From Candidatus Moraniibacteriota bacterium (GTDB taxonomy: Bacteria > Patescibacteriota > Minisyncoccia > Moranbacterales > UBA1568), in the NCBI GenBank assembly GCA_028688415.1, contig JAQTYF010000001.1, positions 464,627 through 528,626 on the forward strand: a DNA stretch of 64,000 nucleotides. Direction: 5' to 3'. The translations under genes and the position numbers were made by a program. Of this stretch, positions 19,691 through 30,351 are shown piece after piece (position 1 is the first letter of the stretch; every line of letters starts with the position of its first letter). The notes under the pieces are model-generated. The model was given only the letters and a program-made list of their open reading frames with translations. It did no database searches and was not told where the DNA came from.

Positions 19691-21809
19691 ACGTTTCTAA
19701 TAATTTCTTTAACTCGTCTTCATTGAGAATATTTATACCGAGCTTCTTTGCATTGACATATTTGCTTCCTGGATTCTCCCCTGCCACGACATAGTCTGTT
19801 TTTCGACTGACCGTAGACGAGACTGTTCCTCCTTTTTCTTTAATAATAGCCTTCAACTCATCTCTTGTAAAGGAAGCGAGTTCTCCTGTCAGAACAAATA
19901 CTTTCCCAGAAAAAATCTGTGTCGAGAGATCGTGTTTTTCTGGCACAACGATCTCGACTTCTTGCTCTCTCAGTGTTTCCAAGAGTTCTTGATTCCTTGT
20001 ATCACCGAACCATTCTACGAGACTCTGAGCACTTTTGATTCCGATACCGTCTACCGACAACCATGCCTCTTCTGTTATCTCAGGAAAATATTTGATAATA
20101 TCTGAAAGGTTTTTGATTTGAAAATGCAAAGACTGTTTCATCGTAGCATCGACAATGAGATTTGCCGTCTCTTCTCCGACATAACGTATACCGAGTGCGA
20201 AGAGCAATTTATCAAATGGTACTTGCTTGGCATTCTGTATCGCTCGTGCCAGCTTCTCTGCTGATTTGTCCCCAAAACGTTCGAGCGGTGAGAGATCTCC
20301 TGCGGTCAGAGAAAAAATATCACCGATGTTTTTGATGAGACCTTCTTGCAAGAGCACTTCGACAATTTTTTCTCCCAAACCGACAATATTCAATCCTTTC
20401 TTCGAAACACTGTGGATAATTTGTTCTCGCTCGATAGCAAAACAGCGTGGATTCGTACAATACAGAGCAGCACTCATATCATTCGTTCCCATCACCATAC
20501 GTTCCACTCTACTTTCACATATCGGACATTTTTCTGGTGCGACGATTATTGTTTCCTTCCCAGTACGGAGACTCTCTATCACCGAAACAATTTCTGGGAT
20601 GATATCTCCAGCTTTTTGGATGATCACGGTATCACCGATACGCACACCCAGGCGATCAATCTCATCGAAATTATGGAGTGTCGCCCGACTCACGACTGAT
20701 CCTGCGACACGAACTGGTCTCAGATGTGCGACTGGAGTGAGTGCACCTGTCCGTCCGATCTGTACCTGTACATCTTGGATAATCGTCGTCGCTTGCTCGG
20801 CAGGAAATTTGTATGCGACACCAAACCGTGGTGATTTCCCACGATAACCGAGAGCGTCCTGCAGATTCTTGGCATTCACTTTGATGACAATACCATCGAG
20901 CGCGTACGGAACGCTCTCTCGTTTTATATTCCACTCTTCGTAATACGCTTCGACATCTGCCGTTGTCTGGCATACTCGATATTCTCTATTCACATGAAAT
21001 CCGAGTTCTTGCAAAAGTAAGAGTTCTGCTTCCTGTGTCTTGGGAAACGGTATTCCTATTATTGCATCGATATCATAGACAAAGGCATCGAGTTTCCGTC
21101 CTGCGATCACTCGTGAATCGAGCTGACGAAGAGACCCTGCTGCCGCATTACGAGGATTGGCAAACAGTGGCTCATCTTTTGCTCTGCGTTCGTTATTGAT
21201 ACGGATGAGCTCATCTTTAGAGAGCCACACCTCACCAACAACCGTGATATCGATCGGGCGAGTGAGTGTGAGTGGTATATGTTCGATCGTTCGCAAGTTG
21301 GCTGTCACATCTTCTCCTATCTCCCCGTCTCCGCGTGTCGCTCCTCGAACCAATATTCCCTTCTCATAGGTGAGGACTGCTTTCAATCCATCGATTTTCA
21401 ATTCACAGACATACTGAGGAACAGAATTTCTAATTTCCAACCCGTCTGTCGAACGGACAGGTTTCCAATTTCTAACTTCCTTATTCAAAAAACGCTTGAT
21501 ACGCTCATCCCAAGCCCTAAGTTCCGCAAAATCAAAAACATCATCGAACGACCATTGTCTGTTCTGATGTTTCACTTTTTGAAAGGAGGTGAGAGGCTCT
21601 GCTCCGACTCTCTCTGTCGGACTATTGGTACGTTTCAGTGATGGAAACGCTTGTTCGAGAGTAGCGAGCTCTGACAAGAGAGAATCGTACGCTTCATCAG
21701 AAATCGTCGGTTGATCGAGCGTGTGATAGAGACGCCGATGTCGTTCGATTTCCTGCGAGAGATTGTGTATGCGAAGGAGAGCTTCTTTCTGAGTTATTTT
21801 TCGTATCAT
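19689..21809 (-). CDS. ligA: NAD-dependent DNA ligase
   Basis: ELKIDG, TRGDGEIGEDVT, ANPRNAAAGSLRQ, C-terminal BRCT. Confidence 0.98.
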   Translation of the reverse strand: MIRKITQKEALLRIHNLSQEIERHRRLYHTLDQPTISDEAYDSLLSELATLEQAFPSLKRTNSPTERVGAEPLTSFQKVKHQNRQWSFDDVFDFAELRAWDERIKRFLNKEVRNWKPVRSTDGLEIRNSVPQYVCELKIDGLKAVLTYEKGILVRGATRGDGEIGEDVTANLRTIEHIPLTLTRPIDITVVGEVWLSKDELIRINNERRAKDEPLFANPRNAAAGSLRQLDSRVIAGRKLDAFVYDIDAIIGIPFPKTQEAELLLLQELGFHVNREYRVCQTTADVEAYYEEWNIKRESVPYALDGIVIKVNAKNLQDALGYRGKSPRFGVAYKFPAEQATTIIQDVQVQIGRTGALTPVAHLRPVRVAGSVVSRATLHNFDEIDRLGVRIGDTVIIQKAGDIIPEIVSVIESLRTGKETIIVAPEKCPICESRVERMVMGTNDMSAALYCTNPRCFAIEREQIIHSVSKKGLNIVGLGEKIVEVLLQEGLIKNIGDIFSLTAGDLSPLERFGDKSAEKLARAIQNAKQVPFDKLLFALGIRYVGEETANLIVDATMKQSLHFQIKNLSDIIKYFPEITEEAWLSVDGIGIKSAQSLVEWFGDTRNQELLETLREQEVEIVVPEKHDLSTQIFSGKVFVLTGELASFTRDELKAIIKEKGGTVSSTVSRKTDYVVAGENPGSKYVNAKKLGINILNEDELKKLLET
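21424..21479 (-). repeat. Heptamer array with nested 21-bp CCTG..CGGG palindrome, in frame in ligA (VRNWKPVRSTDGLEIRNS)
   Basis: tttctaa tttccaa [cccgtctgtcgaacggacagg] tttccaa tttctaa. Confidence 0.8.
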
Positions 21810-21855
21810 AGCTCCAGTATACCCCAGTATCAGGAGAAAATCCATCGTGTGTCGC

Positions 21856-22413
21856 CTAGTTCTGCACTCCGCTTATCTGATAATCTCGGAGAGAAACTGT
21901 CGTCTGGAGATGTGTCGGAGCAGCCTGACCTGAGTCAACAAAAAGAGAAATGGTCACCTTGCCAACTCTTGGAGAGTTGCTTGATCGTCGAACATAAAAA
22001 CGACCCCTTGTGATATGGCTGACAATAGAAGTGCTTGTACTATAGCCTCCTCCGTTACAATTACCAAGAGTCGTCCCTGGTTTACTCCGTACACTCAGTG
22101 TTCCTGCGTCTGCACTTATCGTATACCTAAAACAGAGCTTTTGAGAATAATCAAAAAATCTTATACTCGTATTATTGCCATTCAAAGTCGAATTAGAGAC
22201 AGATGCTGTACGAAGCTCCTTGGCCATTGTGTTCAATGCAAACTGAGCCGATTCAATATCGGACTGCAAGCGTTTCTGCTCACGATACCCGACGAATGCT
22301 CGTGTGAAAATCTGTGAAGTCGCCCCGATAACGAGAGTAAAAATAAACATCGCTACAAGCATTTCTACGAGCGAGAATCCTCGATATGGTTTTGTTAGAA
22401 ACATCTTTCTCAT
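21856..22413 (-). CDS. Minor type IV pilin (PilW/GspJ-like)
   Basis: Class III signal peptide GFSLVEML. Confidence 0.88.
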   Translation of the reverse strand: MRKMFLTKPYRGFSLVEMLVAMFIFTLVIGATSQIFTRAFVGYREQKRLQSDIESAQFALNTMAKELRTASVSNSTLNGNNTSIRFFDYSQKLCFRYTISADAGTLSVRSKPGTTLGNCNGGGYSTSTSIVSHITRGRFYVRRSSNSPRVGKVTISLFVDSGQAAPTHLQTTVSLRDYQISGVQN

Positions 22414-22416
22414 ACG

Positions 22417-23025
22417 TTATGGTCTCCAATTATTGAGTGTTATTTTTGTATAAACACATTTCTTGAGCATGGTACAGTCTGTTATATTTCCATTATTCCC
22501 ATTTGCTGCCTGAAACATACCTGTCTGATTATATCCCCAATAGACGAAACTCGTCACGTCAGCAGATTCTGATCCTACTGTACTGTCTGTAAAGTTGATA
22601 TATATGTATCGATAGAATTTCCCATTTGCGTTATGAAGAAAAAAACCATCGTTATTTGTCTGGAGAGAATATTTGGTTTCTGGATTGATAGTAGTATCAT
22701 GATTCAAATTATCATTATACTGATCATCGTAATCGATATAATAATGTGGCTCTGTATTATCTTTACTGAAATGAGCAAAAACATCAGTCTGGTCTTGCAC
22801 AAACCCATTATCACGTACATTGCGTATGAGCTCGGCCCCTTCCTGAGCGAGGAGGGTTGCAGTGATGATATTTCGGCTCTCGATCGACTCACGAAGACTG
22901 TTTGCGATGAGACTCACAACCGTGAGAATACCCATAGAGAGAACAAACAAAGCAAGAATCACTTCGGGAAGGAGAAATCCTCTCGTCAATCGTTGTTTTT
23001 TTTGTATTTGTATTTGCTCTGACAT
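22417..23025 (-). CDS. Minor type IV pilin (PilV-like)
   Basis: GFLLPEVIL, LAQEGAELIRNVRD. Confidence 0.85.
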   Translation of the reverse strand: MSEQIQIQKKQRLTRGFLLPEVILALFVLSMGILTVVSLIANSLRESIESRNIITATLLAQEGAELIRNVRDNGFVQDQTDVFAHFSKDNTEPHYYIDYDDQYNDNLNHDTTINPETKYSLQTNNDGFFLHNANGKFYRYIYINFTDSTVGSESADVTSFVYWGYNQTGMFQAANGNNGNITDCTMLKKCVYTKITLNNWRP

Positions 23026-23038
23026 ACTCCTAGGAGTT

Positions 23039-23533
23039 TTATGGACACGATGACTTATCCTCTATCTTCCCGTCAGCAGAGACACAGACATAATAACGAT
23101 TGTCTCCCTTGGAAAATATCACAGCACCTACTGATGATGGCACTCCTCGTGGCAGGACGAATGTGATAGAAGATGTCCCGCTTAGCCCCACACCATTTTT
23201 CAGCGTGTATGTAGTGATAAGCTCAGCTGTTCCAGTCCCACAGGCAATAGCAGACAATGTATATTGAGTACTAGAAATCTGAGATACCAAAAAAGAGCAG
23301 GTATTGGTACCAGCTACATTCGCTTGTTTGCCTGTCAGAGCATAATTCTGAGCTTCACGGACGACGCTCGCAAACTCTCGCGCATTGGTCTCGAGCTCTC
23401 GCTGTGTCTTGGCACCGCTATTTATCCCGCTTATTGCTACCGAAGTCAGGATAGAAACAATAGCTATCGTCACGATCACTTCTATCAATGTGAATCCTGA
23501 CCATCTCTGCGTATGAGCACCAGCATTCTGCAT
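23039..23533 (-). CDS. Minor type IV pilin (FimT/GspH-like)
   Basis: GFTLIEVIV, REAQNYA. Confidence 0.88.
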   Translation of the reverse strand: MQNAGAHTQRWSGFTLIEVIVTIAIVSILTSVAISGINSGAKTQRELETNAREFASVVREAQNYALTGKQANVAGTNTCSFLVSQISSTQYTLSAIACGTGTAELITTYTLKNGVGLSGTSSITFVLPRGVPSSVGAVIFSKGDNRYYVCVSADGKIEDKSSCP

Positions 23534-23595
23534 AATATTACGTTCAAAAATATTTTTATTTTCTTTTTCTGCTCTTCTATTCTATCAGAAAACCA

Positions 23596-24384
23596 CTAAA
23601 TCACAAACAATGAAAAGAAAGGGAAAAACTTGGCACTAAAAAGAATGAGTATGATTCCTGCGGTGAGGAATGGAGCAAACGGTATCTGACTCTTCATCCC
23701 CTTCTTCTGGAGCGCAATAGCGACGAGACCGACGAGCGCCCCGAGACCAAACGATAATGTGAGCATCGGAAGAACGAGTGGCAATCCGACGATGAGTCCC
23801 GCGACCGCACCGAGCCACACATCTCCCCATCCCATCCATGTCTCGTGCGACATCCACACAAGAAGGAAGAAGAATCCCCCGATGACGAATGCACCGAGAA
23901 GCCCGTACCAGAGCGATGAAGCGAGGAACGCCTCTCCCGAAAGGAGAAATGTCTGCACGAGATAGAGAAGTGTGGCGACCGCACTCACACCAAGTACTAT
24001 CATCGGTATTTCCATAAAACGGAGATCATACGCTCCGATGACGAGGAGACAACTCACCGTCACAACAAGCCAGAGCGTTTCAGAGAGAGCTGATCCGACG
24101 AGCGGGTCGAAGAACAGATATCCGATCAGACCAAATACAATACCCGTCAGAAGCTCGAGAGCAGGATACTGCCAAGAAATCCGCGTTTCACAGTCTCGGC
24201 ACGAGCCACGGAGTACAATGAAACTCACGAGAGGAATGTTGTCATACCAGCGTATCTGATGTTTGCACTGGCGACAAAACGACCGTCCCATGAGCGTCTC
24301 GGCATCTCGCAATCGATACACAAGCACATTGAGAAAGCTCCCGATGATGAGTCCAAAAACAAAAAAGATGAAGAAAAAATTCAT
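23596..24384 (-). CDS. pilD: Prepilin peptidase
   Basis: GSFLNV, CxxC..CxxC, WYDNIPL, MGWGD, IPFAPFL. Confidence 0.95.
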   Translation of the reverse strand: MNFFFIFFVFGLIIGSFLNVLVYRLRDAETLMGRSFCRQCKHQIRWYDNIPLVSFIVLRGSCRDCETRISWQYPALELLTGIVFGLIGYLFFDPLVGSALSETLWLVVTVSCLLVIGAYDLRFMEIPMIVLGVSAVATLLYLVQTFLLSGEAFLASSLWYGLLGAFVIGGFFFLLVWMSHETWMGWGDVWLGAVAGLIVGLPLVLPMLTLSFGLGALVGLVAIALQKKGMKSQIPFAPFLTAGIILILFSAKFFPFFSLFVI

Positions 24385-24571
24385 AGGAAATATTTAATAT
24401 CATTATTTATTCTCAGTATATCACTGAAATAATATCAATGATATAGAGAACGTCCTTAGTCTTCTTTATTCTTGGACGACGTATTACATTTTGAACATAA
24501 AAGATTCTACTCAATAAATGTGCTAAGATCATTTCTTTCTTTTTATATCTTATATCATCATATTATAGATA

Positions 24572-24603
24572 AAAAAAACAGCCCATCATAGATGGGACTG
24601 TTC
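24572..24603 (-). terminator. Intrinsic terminator after the pilins
   Basis: A-tract followed by cagcccatc-ata-gatgggactg hairpin. Confidence 0.65.
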
Positions 24604-24622
24604 TAAAAAAGTGCTCGATTTT

Positions 24623-25006
24623 TTAACAAGCATTTGTGTATGTGATGCCTGTATTGGTAATATGCGTCAATCCACAAGCCGTATTCACGGCCGATACAAC
24701 TGGAGAAACGGTAACATCAAAAACACCACTACCACTCACGCCACAATCAGCTGTAGAACCACCTGTGACTATGACCCCTACGGTATGATTCGAAGTTACT
24801 GGAAGATTAGCGGCTGTTAAAACAGCGGTATCACATGCAATAGTTAATCCAGGAATAGCTCCTGATACTTCTGATTTGAAAGATGCTACTTGAGCTTTGA
24901 CACGAGCTCCAGACAAACTCACCAACACAACTGAGGCGAGAATACCAATGATGGCAATAACGATGAGGAGTTCGATAAGGGTAAAACCCTTCAATACTTT
25001 TTTCAT
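24623..25006 (-). CDS. Type IV major pilin, copy 2
   Basis: [22 protein letters not shown]. Confidence 0.92.
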   Translation of the reverse strand: MKKVLKGFTLIELLIVIAIIGILASVVLVSLSGARVKAQVASFKSEVSGAIPGLTIACDTAVLTAANLPVTSNHTVGVIVTGGSTADCGVSGSGVFDVTVSPVVSAVNTACGLTHITNTGITYTNAC

Positions 25007-25033
25007 ACAATTACTTTTATTTTTTAGATATAC

Positions 25034-25414
25034 TTATGGACAATTGGTAAAATCAGGACCACTTCCTGTGGTGTTGACATTGATATCTGCGCCTGTGCAA
25101 CCGGTAAGAGTAGCAAAAGGAGCGATACCTGTAATCGTAATTTGTCCATCGCCTGTAGGCCCACAATCGTTGAGATCAATTGAGGCTCCTGCCCAGTTTG
25201 TTGTAGCAGTATCAGCAGGTAGAGCAATCAATGCATCATCACAAGCAGAAATAAAACCAGGAACAGCTCCAGTCACTTCTGATTTGAAAGATGCCTTCTG
25301 AGCCTTTGCTCTTGCTCCAGACAAGCTCACCAACACAACTGAGGCGAGAATACCAATGATGGCAATAACGATGAGGAGTTCGATAAGGGTAAAACCCTTC
25401 TTTATATTTTTCAT
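25034..25414 (-). CDS. Type IV major pilin, copy 1
   Basis: [22 protein letters not shown]; strong RBS AGGAGG upstream. Confidence 0.92.
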   Translation of the reverse strand: MKNIKKGFTLIELLIVIAIIGILASVVLVSLSGARAKAQKASFKSEVTGAVPGFISACDDALIALPADTATTNWAGASIDLNDCGPTGDGQITITGIAPFATLTGCTGADINVNTTGSGPDFTNCP

Positions 25415-25546
25415 ATTCTCACCTCCTTTCTTTTTATGTTTTTATTTTTTGTGTGAAATTTTTCATTCATACACTTGTTTTCAGTATACATTTTTTCGGA
25501 AATATTGTAAACCCACACACCAATCATATTTCAATTTTGTCAACCC

Positions 25547-26755
25547 TTACAATTGACCAGCGACATTGTAGATCGGCATGAGCACACCGACAACCAATAT
25601 ACCGACACCGATACCGAGGAGCACGATCATTACTGGTTCCATCAGTGAGGTGAGGTTCTTGGTCGTCGTATCTACTTCTTGGTTATAGAATGTTCCGACG
25701 CTATTCAATACCTGTGGGAGTGTTCCTGATTCTTCACCGATACGGATCATTTGAGCGACGATCATCGGCATATCTCTCGCTTGCAAGAAAGAAGTACTCA
25801 TCGATCCTCCTACTTTGACATCTTCGGCTGCTTTGAGAATCATCTCTTTGTATACATGATTCCCGACGACATCTGCGACGATGATGAGCGATCGTACGAC
25901 AGGGATACCACTCACGAGGAGAGCACTCAGGTTCTCTGCAAAACGGGTGATATAGATATTACGAAGGAGTCCTCCTACTACAGGAATCTTGAGGGCGATG
26001 ATCTGCCACTCATATTTCCCTTCATCGGTCTTCAGATAGTACACGATACCGCCTATGAGAGCTGCAATAAGGAAAAGAGTCCCTATCCAATACTCGCTCA
26101 TAAAGTCTCCGAAATTGATGAGTACCTTGGTATACCATGGAATAGGAACGTTGAGATCCTTGATCATCACGGTGATTTTCGGGAGGATGAATGTCACGAC
26201 GAGAAATCCGACGATGAACGCAAAAGAAAGAACGAAGGCTGGATAGTACAGAGCACTCTTTATCTTGGACGTGAGCTCATAATTTTTCTGGATACTCTGA
26301 GCGACAAACTCGAGAGACTGTCGCAGGTTGCCCGATACTTCTCCGGCACGGATCATACTGACTGTGAGTGAAGAAAAGACGTCCTCATGTTTTCCGAGAG
26401 CGTCAGAGAACGACGCACCATCCTTGATATCATTACCGATTTCGTTGATGATAATTCGCAAATACTGATTTTCTGATTGTTCACCGATAGTTTGGAGAGA
26501 GAGGACAATGGAAACGCGTGCCTCGACGAGTGTCGCCAACTGACGAAAGAAAATCATCAATTCCTTCTGACTGACACCGTTCAACATTTTTGCAAAATTT
26601 TTCCCGAAAAAATCAACGGTTTTGTCCTCTGCAATCGTGATTGGTGTATACCCATTCTTCTCGAGAATCTTGGCAGCGAGATCCTGACTGATCGCTTCGA
26701 TCACCCCTTCACGTATCTGCCCTGCATCGTTCTTGGCTTTGAATAAAAATTTCAT
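25547..26755 (-). CDS. pilC: Type IV pilus platform protein PilC/GspF
   Basis: FFRQLATL, GEVSGNL, IKSALYYP, GEESGTL, LMEPV. Confidence 0.95.
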   Translation of the reverse strand: MKFLFKAKNDAGQIREGVIEAISQDLAAKILEKNGYTPITIAEDKTVDFFGKNFAKMLNGVSQKELMIFFRQLATLVEARVSIVLSLQTIGEQSENQYLRIIINEIGNDIKDGASFSDALGKHEDVFSSLTVSMIRAGEVSGNLRQSLEFVAQSIQKNYELTSKIKSALYYPAFVLSFAFIVGFLVVTFILPKITVMIKDLNVPIPWYTKVLINFGDFMSEYWIGTLFLIAALIGGIVYYLKTDEGKYEWQIIALKIPVVGGLLRNIYITRFAENLSALLVSGIPVVRSLIIVADVVGNHVYKEMILKAAEDVKVGGSMSTSFLQARDMPMIVAQMIRIGEESGTLPQVLNSVGTFYNQEVDTTTKNLTSLMEPVMIVLLGIGVGILVVGVLMPIYNVAGQL

Positions 26756-26795
26756 ATACTCGTGCTTAGTATTTTAATAACAACACAACTTCTTT

Positions 26796-27875
26796 CTATT
26801 CTTTACTCATAAGCATCTGGAGATAATCACGATTCTTCGCAAAAGAGAAGGCATCATCCACACTGATCAACCCTTTTCTCACATAATCAGCCAAAACACG
26901 ATCGAGTGATATCATCCCCTCTTTCAGTCCTGTTTCGATCACTGAGTCGATCTGATTGATCTTGTTCTCGCGTATGAGGTTTTCTACTGCATGGTTCCTA
27001 AACATCAGTTCTACGGCAGGTATACGTCCACCGCCGATACGAGGGATCAATCGTTGTGAGACAACACCGAGAAGCACACTCGCCAACTGGAAACGAATCT
27101 GGTTCTGCTGGTGTGATGGGAAAACGTCGATAATACGATCGATGGTCTGTGTACTGTCATTGGTATGGAGAGTTGCAAAGATGAGGTGTCCTGTCTCGGC
27201 AGCGGTCATCGCAGTACTGATGGTTTCGAGATCACGGAGCTCACCGAGGAGTACTACGTTCACGTCTTCACGAAAAATAGCTCGGAGTGCATCGGGAAAA
27301 CTCTTGGCATCACGTCCGATCTCACGCTGGTTGATGATACATCGGTCCTGATTATAGACAAACTCGATCGGGTCTTCGATAGTGACGATGTGTTTTTCTT
27401 GATTGTGATTGATATAATCAATGAGAGCAGCGAGTGTCGTCGATTTACCATGGCCGACTGGACCCGTGATGAGCACCAACCCTTGGGAATACTTGGCAAA
27501 TTCGTAGAGAGACTCTGGGATACTCAATTCTTCGAGGTTACGCAATCGATCCATCACGAACCGCATGGTAATACTGATATATCCTTTCTGAAGAAAGACG
27601 TTCGTACGAAAACGGATCGTGTCATCGAGACTATAGGAAAAGTCTGTCTGTCCGAGAGAGACGAGCTCTTGTTTTTTTTCTTCGGTCAAGAGAATTCCAC
27701 TCAGTGCCTTGGTATCAGCAGGAGTCAGGATGGTCTCTTCTCCGACTGGACGGAGTTTGCCATCGATACGAAATGTCGGGTAACGACCGACCACAAGATG
27801 TAAATCAGAAGCTCCCTGCTGACCCATCAGGAGGAGAAGTTTCTTCAATCGTTGTTCTACGTCTAGAGTATCCAT
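26796..27875 (-). CDS. pilT: Retraction ATPase PilT
   Basis: ASDLHL, GPVGHGKSTT, AAETGHL, TLHTN, AVENLIRE. Confidence 0.95.
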   Translation of the reverse strand: MDTLDVEQRLKKLLLLMGQQGASDLHLVVGRYPTFRIDGKLRPVGEETILTPADTKALSGILLTEEKKQELVSLGQTDFSYSLDDTIRFRTNVFLQKGYISITMRFVMDRLRNLEELSIPESLYEFAKYSQGLVLITGPVGHGKSTTLAALIDYINHNQEKHIVTIEDPIEFVYNQDRCIINQREIGRDAKSFPDALRAIFREDVNVVLLGELRDLETISTAMTAAETGHLIFATLHTNDSTQTIDRIIDVFPSHQQNQIRFQLASVLLGVVSQRLIPRIGGGRIPAVELMFRNHAVENLIRENKINQIDSVIETGLKEGMISLDRVLADYVRKGLISVDDAFSFAKNRDYLQMLMSKE

Positions 27876-27917
27876 TTTTTTATTTTTTATCAGATATCAC
27901 GTTGTTTTCTTTTGTCT

Positions 27918-29588
27918 CTATTCTTCATCGACGAGAATCGATCCCTGTGTCACGCGTTCGATTTCTTCGAGTGAAGTGATTTTTTTGAGAGCCACGAGGA
28001 TACCATTCTGTTTCATCGTTGTCATACCCTGATTGATAGCTGCTTGTCGCGTCTCCCCTTCATTTCCTTTTTTATCAGAGATGATCGCACGCATTATATT
28101 GTCTACTTCTATAACCTCATAAATAGCGATACGTCCCTTGTATCCGGATTGGTTGCATTTTTCACACCCTTTTCCTCTCGCGAATACCATTTCTTGCTTT
28201 TTATCGAAACCGAATGCGACTATTTCCTCAAGAGGAATAGCTTCGAACAATTCTCGAATATACTTTTCTTGTTCTGGGGAAGGGAAAAACTCTTCTTTGC
28301 AGTGTTCGCACAGACGACGTACGAGGCGCTGAGCCGCCACGACTTGGAGGGCCGAGGCCAGGAGGAATGGTTCCATCCCCATATCGATCAGACGTGGAAT
28401 AGAACCTAGTGCATCATTCGTATGGAGCGTCGAAAAAACGAGGTGTCCTGTGAGAGCAGCGTGAATCACGAGTTCTGCCGTCTCCACATCACGGATTTCT
28501 CCCACCATGATCACGTTTGGATCTTGACGGAGGATAGATCGGAGTCCACTCGCAAACGTATAACCGATTTCTGGTTTGATCTGACTCTGATTGATTCCTT
28601 CAACATAGTATTCAACAGGATCTTCGAGAGTGACGATATTGCGATCTTCCTTATTCAAAGTTTGCAAAAAGGAATAGAGTGTTGTCGTCTTTCCTGAACC
28701 AGTCGGTCCAGTGAGGAGAACAACTCCGTATGGTTCTTGTATACGTTTTTCGAGAACAGTACGATTTCTTCCCCAAAGTCCGAGTTCTTCCATATCCGTC
28801 GAGTTCGCACTCTTGTCGAGAACACGCATCACGATTTTTTCTCCTTCGACAACAGGAAGACTGGATACACGTAAATCGATAGAGGTACCATCCTGTTTAT
28901 CGAATTGGAAACGACCATCTTGTGGTTTACGCTTCTCATCTATCTTGAGATTGGCCAGAATCTTGATACGAGCGATCACTGCCCGACCTATTTCTATAGG
29001 AAAAATAAGCTGTGACTGGAGGATACCGTCCACACGAAAACGAACACGAAAATTATTCTCGATAGGTTCGATATGGATATCGCTCGCTCTCCCGTCGATA
29101 GATTTTTGGACAATGGTTTCGACAAGGTTGGCAATAGGAGCATCCTGAAATCCTTCGACAGCAACACCTTCTCGACTCTGTCTGGCAGTCCCTTGAATAT
29201 TTTCATCTGCATTTTTTTTGAGAGAGACAATAGCATCTCTCAGTGCTATATCCGCACTCGTATAATATTTGGCAATTTCAGCAAAAATTTTCTTTGAAAC
29301 AAGTGTGATCTGTATAGTGATATGCTCTTTCTCGGCAAGAAAACGGAGTACATTCAAAGCCTCATAATCTTCCGGATCTACCATGGCGATAGAAAGTGCA
29401 GACTTGGTTTTCTTGAAGGGAACCATCTGATACCTTCTTGCAGTATCTTCGGGAATGAGAGCGAGGATTGTCTTGTCCAATTCTCTCGGAATAACAGACA
29501 GAAGAGCAATGCCGAGTTTTTTAGCACGTTCGGCGAGCTCTGTCTCTTCGACATCGAGTGTTTGTGATGTTGCTGTAGCTTCTGGCAT
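27918..29588 (-). CDS. pilB: Assembly ATPase PilB/GspE
   Basis: ASDIHIEP, GPTGSGKTTT, LRQDPNVIMVGEIRD, Cys tetrad. Confidence 0.96.
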   Translation of the reverse strand: MPEATATSQTLDVEETELAERAKKLGIALLSVIPRELDKTILALIPEDTARRYQMVPFKKTKSALSIAMVDPEDYEALNVLRFLAEKEHITIQITLVSKKIFAEIAKYYTSADIALRDAIVSLKKNADENIQGTARQSREGVAVEGFQDAPIANLVETIVQKSIDGRASDIHIEPIENNFRVRFRVDGILQSQLIFPIEIGRAVIARIKILANLKIDEKRKPQDGRFQFDKQDGTSIDLRVSSLPVVEGEKIVMRVLDKSANSTDMEELGLWGRNRTVLEKRIQEPYGVVLLTGPTGSGKTTTLYSFLQTLNKEDRNIVTLEDPVEYYVEGINQSQIKPEIGYTFASGLRSILRQDPNVIMVGEIRDVETAELVIHAALTGHLVFSTLHTNDALGSIPRLIDMGMEPFLLASALQVVAAQRLVRRLCEHCKEEFFPSPEQEKYIRELFEAIPLEEIVAFGFDKKQEMVFARGKGCEKCNQSGYKGRIAIYEVIEVDNIMRAIISDKKGNEGETRQAAINQGMTTMKQNGILVALKKITSLEEIERVTQGSILVDEE

Positions 29589-29601
29589 AATAAACGCAGA
29601 T

Positions 29602-30342
29602 TTATTGGAAAGGATTTGGTTTGCCAGATGGCGTCTTCTGAAGGGCGGGAATATCAGTAATAAGACTCTTGAGAGTACTTATCTCAGCGAGTTTCAATTC
29701 ACCATTCGTAAAGAGAGGCATATCAAGAGCAGACGAAACAGTTTTTTTAGGAAGGAAACCATACACCACTGAAAAAGTACCTTTCAGGTTTCCTGATGCC
29801 ACCTCAGGAGATGTCGATTCTTTCTTTTCTTCTTCTATAGAAAAGAATTGCATCTCTTGGTAACGATTCATATGATTCATCAGAGCAAAAAATGTCTTGA
29901 TATTCTCATACGATCCATTCGCAGAACCAGTAAACGATATTTTCTTCGGTTGAAAAACCGTCTTCGGAGCGACGGAGGTATCATCGACAGGCAGACTGTC
30001 TTCTTCAAGAGTGGCATCTTTTGCAACTACTTCGACTTTCATATCTGAAATGTAGAGACCTCTCTGTGTCGCGAGAAAACTGAAAGCATCGATGAATTGC
30101 TCCTGATCCATCTTGAGAGGGAGATACTGAAAGAAAAAATCTTCCGTCTCTTTCTCTTGGTCGATCAGTTGATCAAATCGTGTGATATTTGACGATACAG
30201 CACTGGCAATAGCAAGTTTCTCGTCTACCGAAGCAATAGCGTCTCTTTTTGTCAGAATATCATCGAAAGAAGGCTTGATATAGAGAATGGCAACAATAAC
30301 CGAAAGGAGGAGGAAAAATGGGAGAAGAAGTATTTTGATCAT
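29602..30342 (-). CDS. PilO-like alignment protein
   Basis: Single N-terminal TM, GSYENIKTF, C-terminal GKPNPF; position in pil operon. Confidence 0.7.
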   Translation of the reverse strand: MIKILLLPFFLLLSVIVAILYIKPSFDDILTKRDAIASVDEKLAIASAVSSNITRFDQLIDQEKETEDFFFQYLPLKMDQEQFIDAFSFLATQRGLYISDMKVEVVAKDATLEEDSLPVDDTSVAPKTVFQPKKISFTGSANGSYENIKTFFALMNHMNRYQEMQFFSIEEEKKESTSPEVASGNLKGTFSVVYGFLPKKTVSSALDMPLFTNGELKLAEISTLKSLITDIPALQKTPSGKPNPFQ

Positions 30343-30351
30343 AGATATAAA

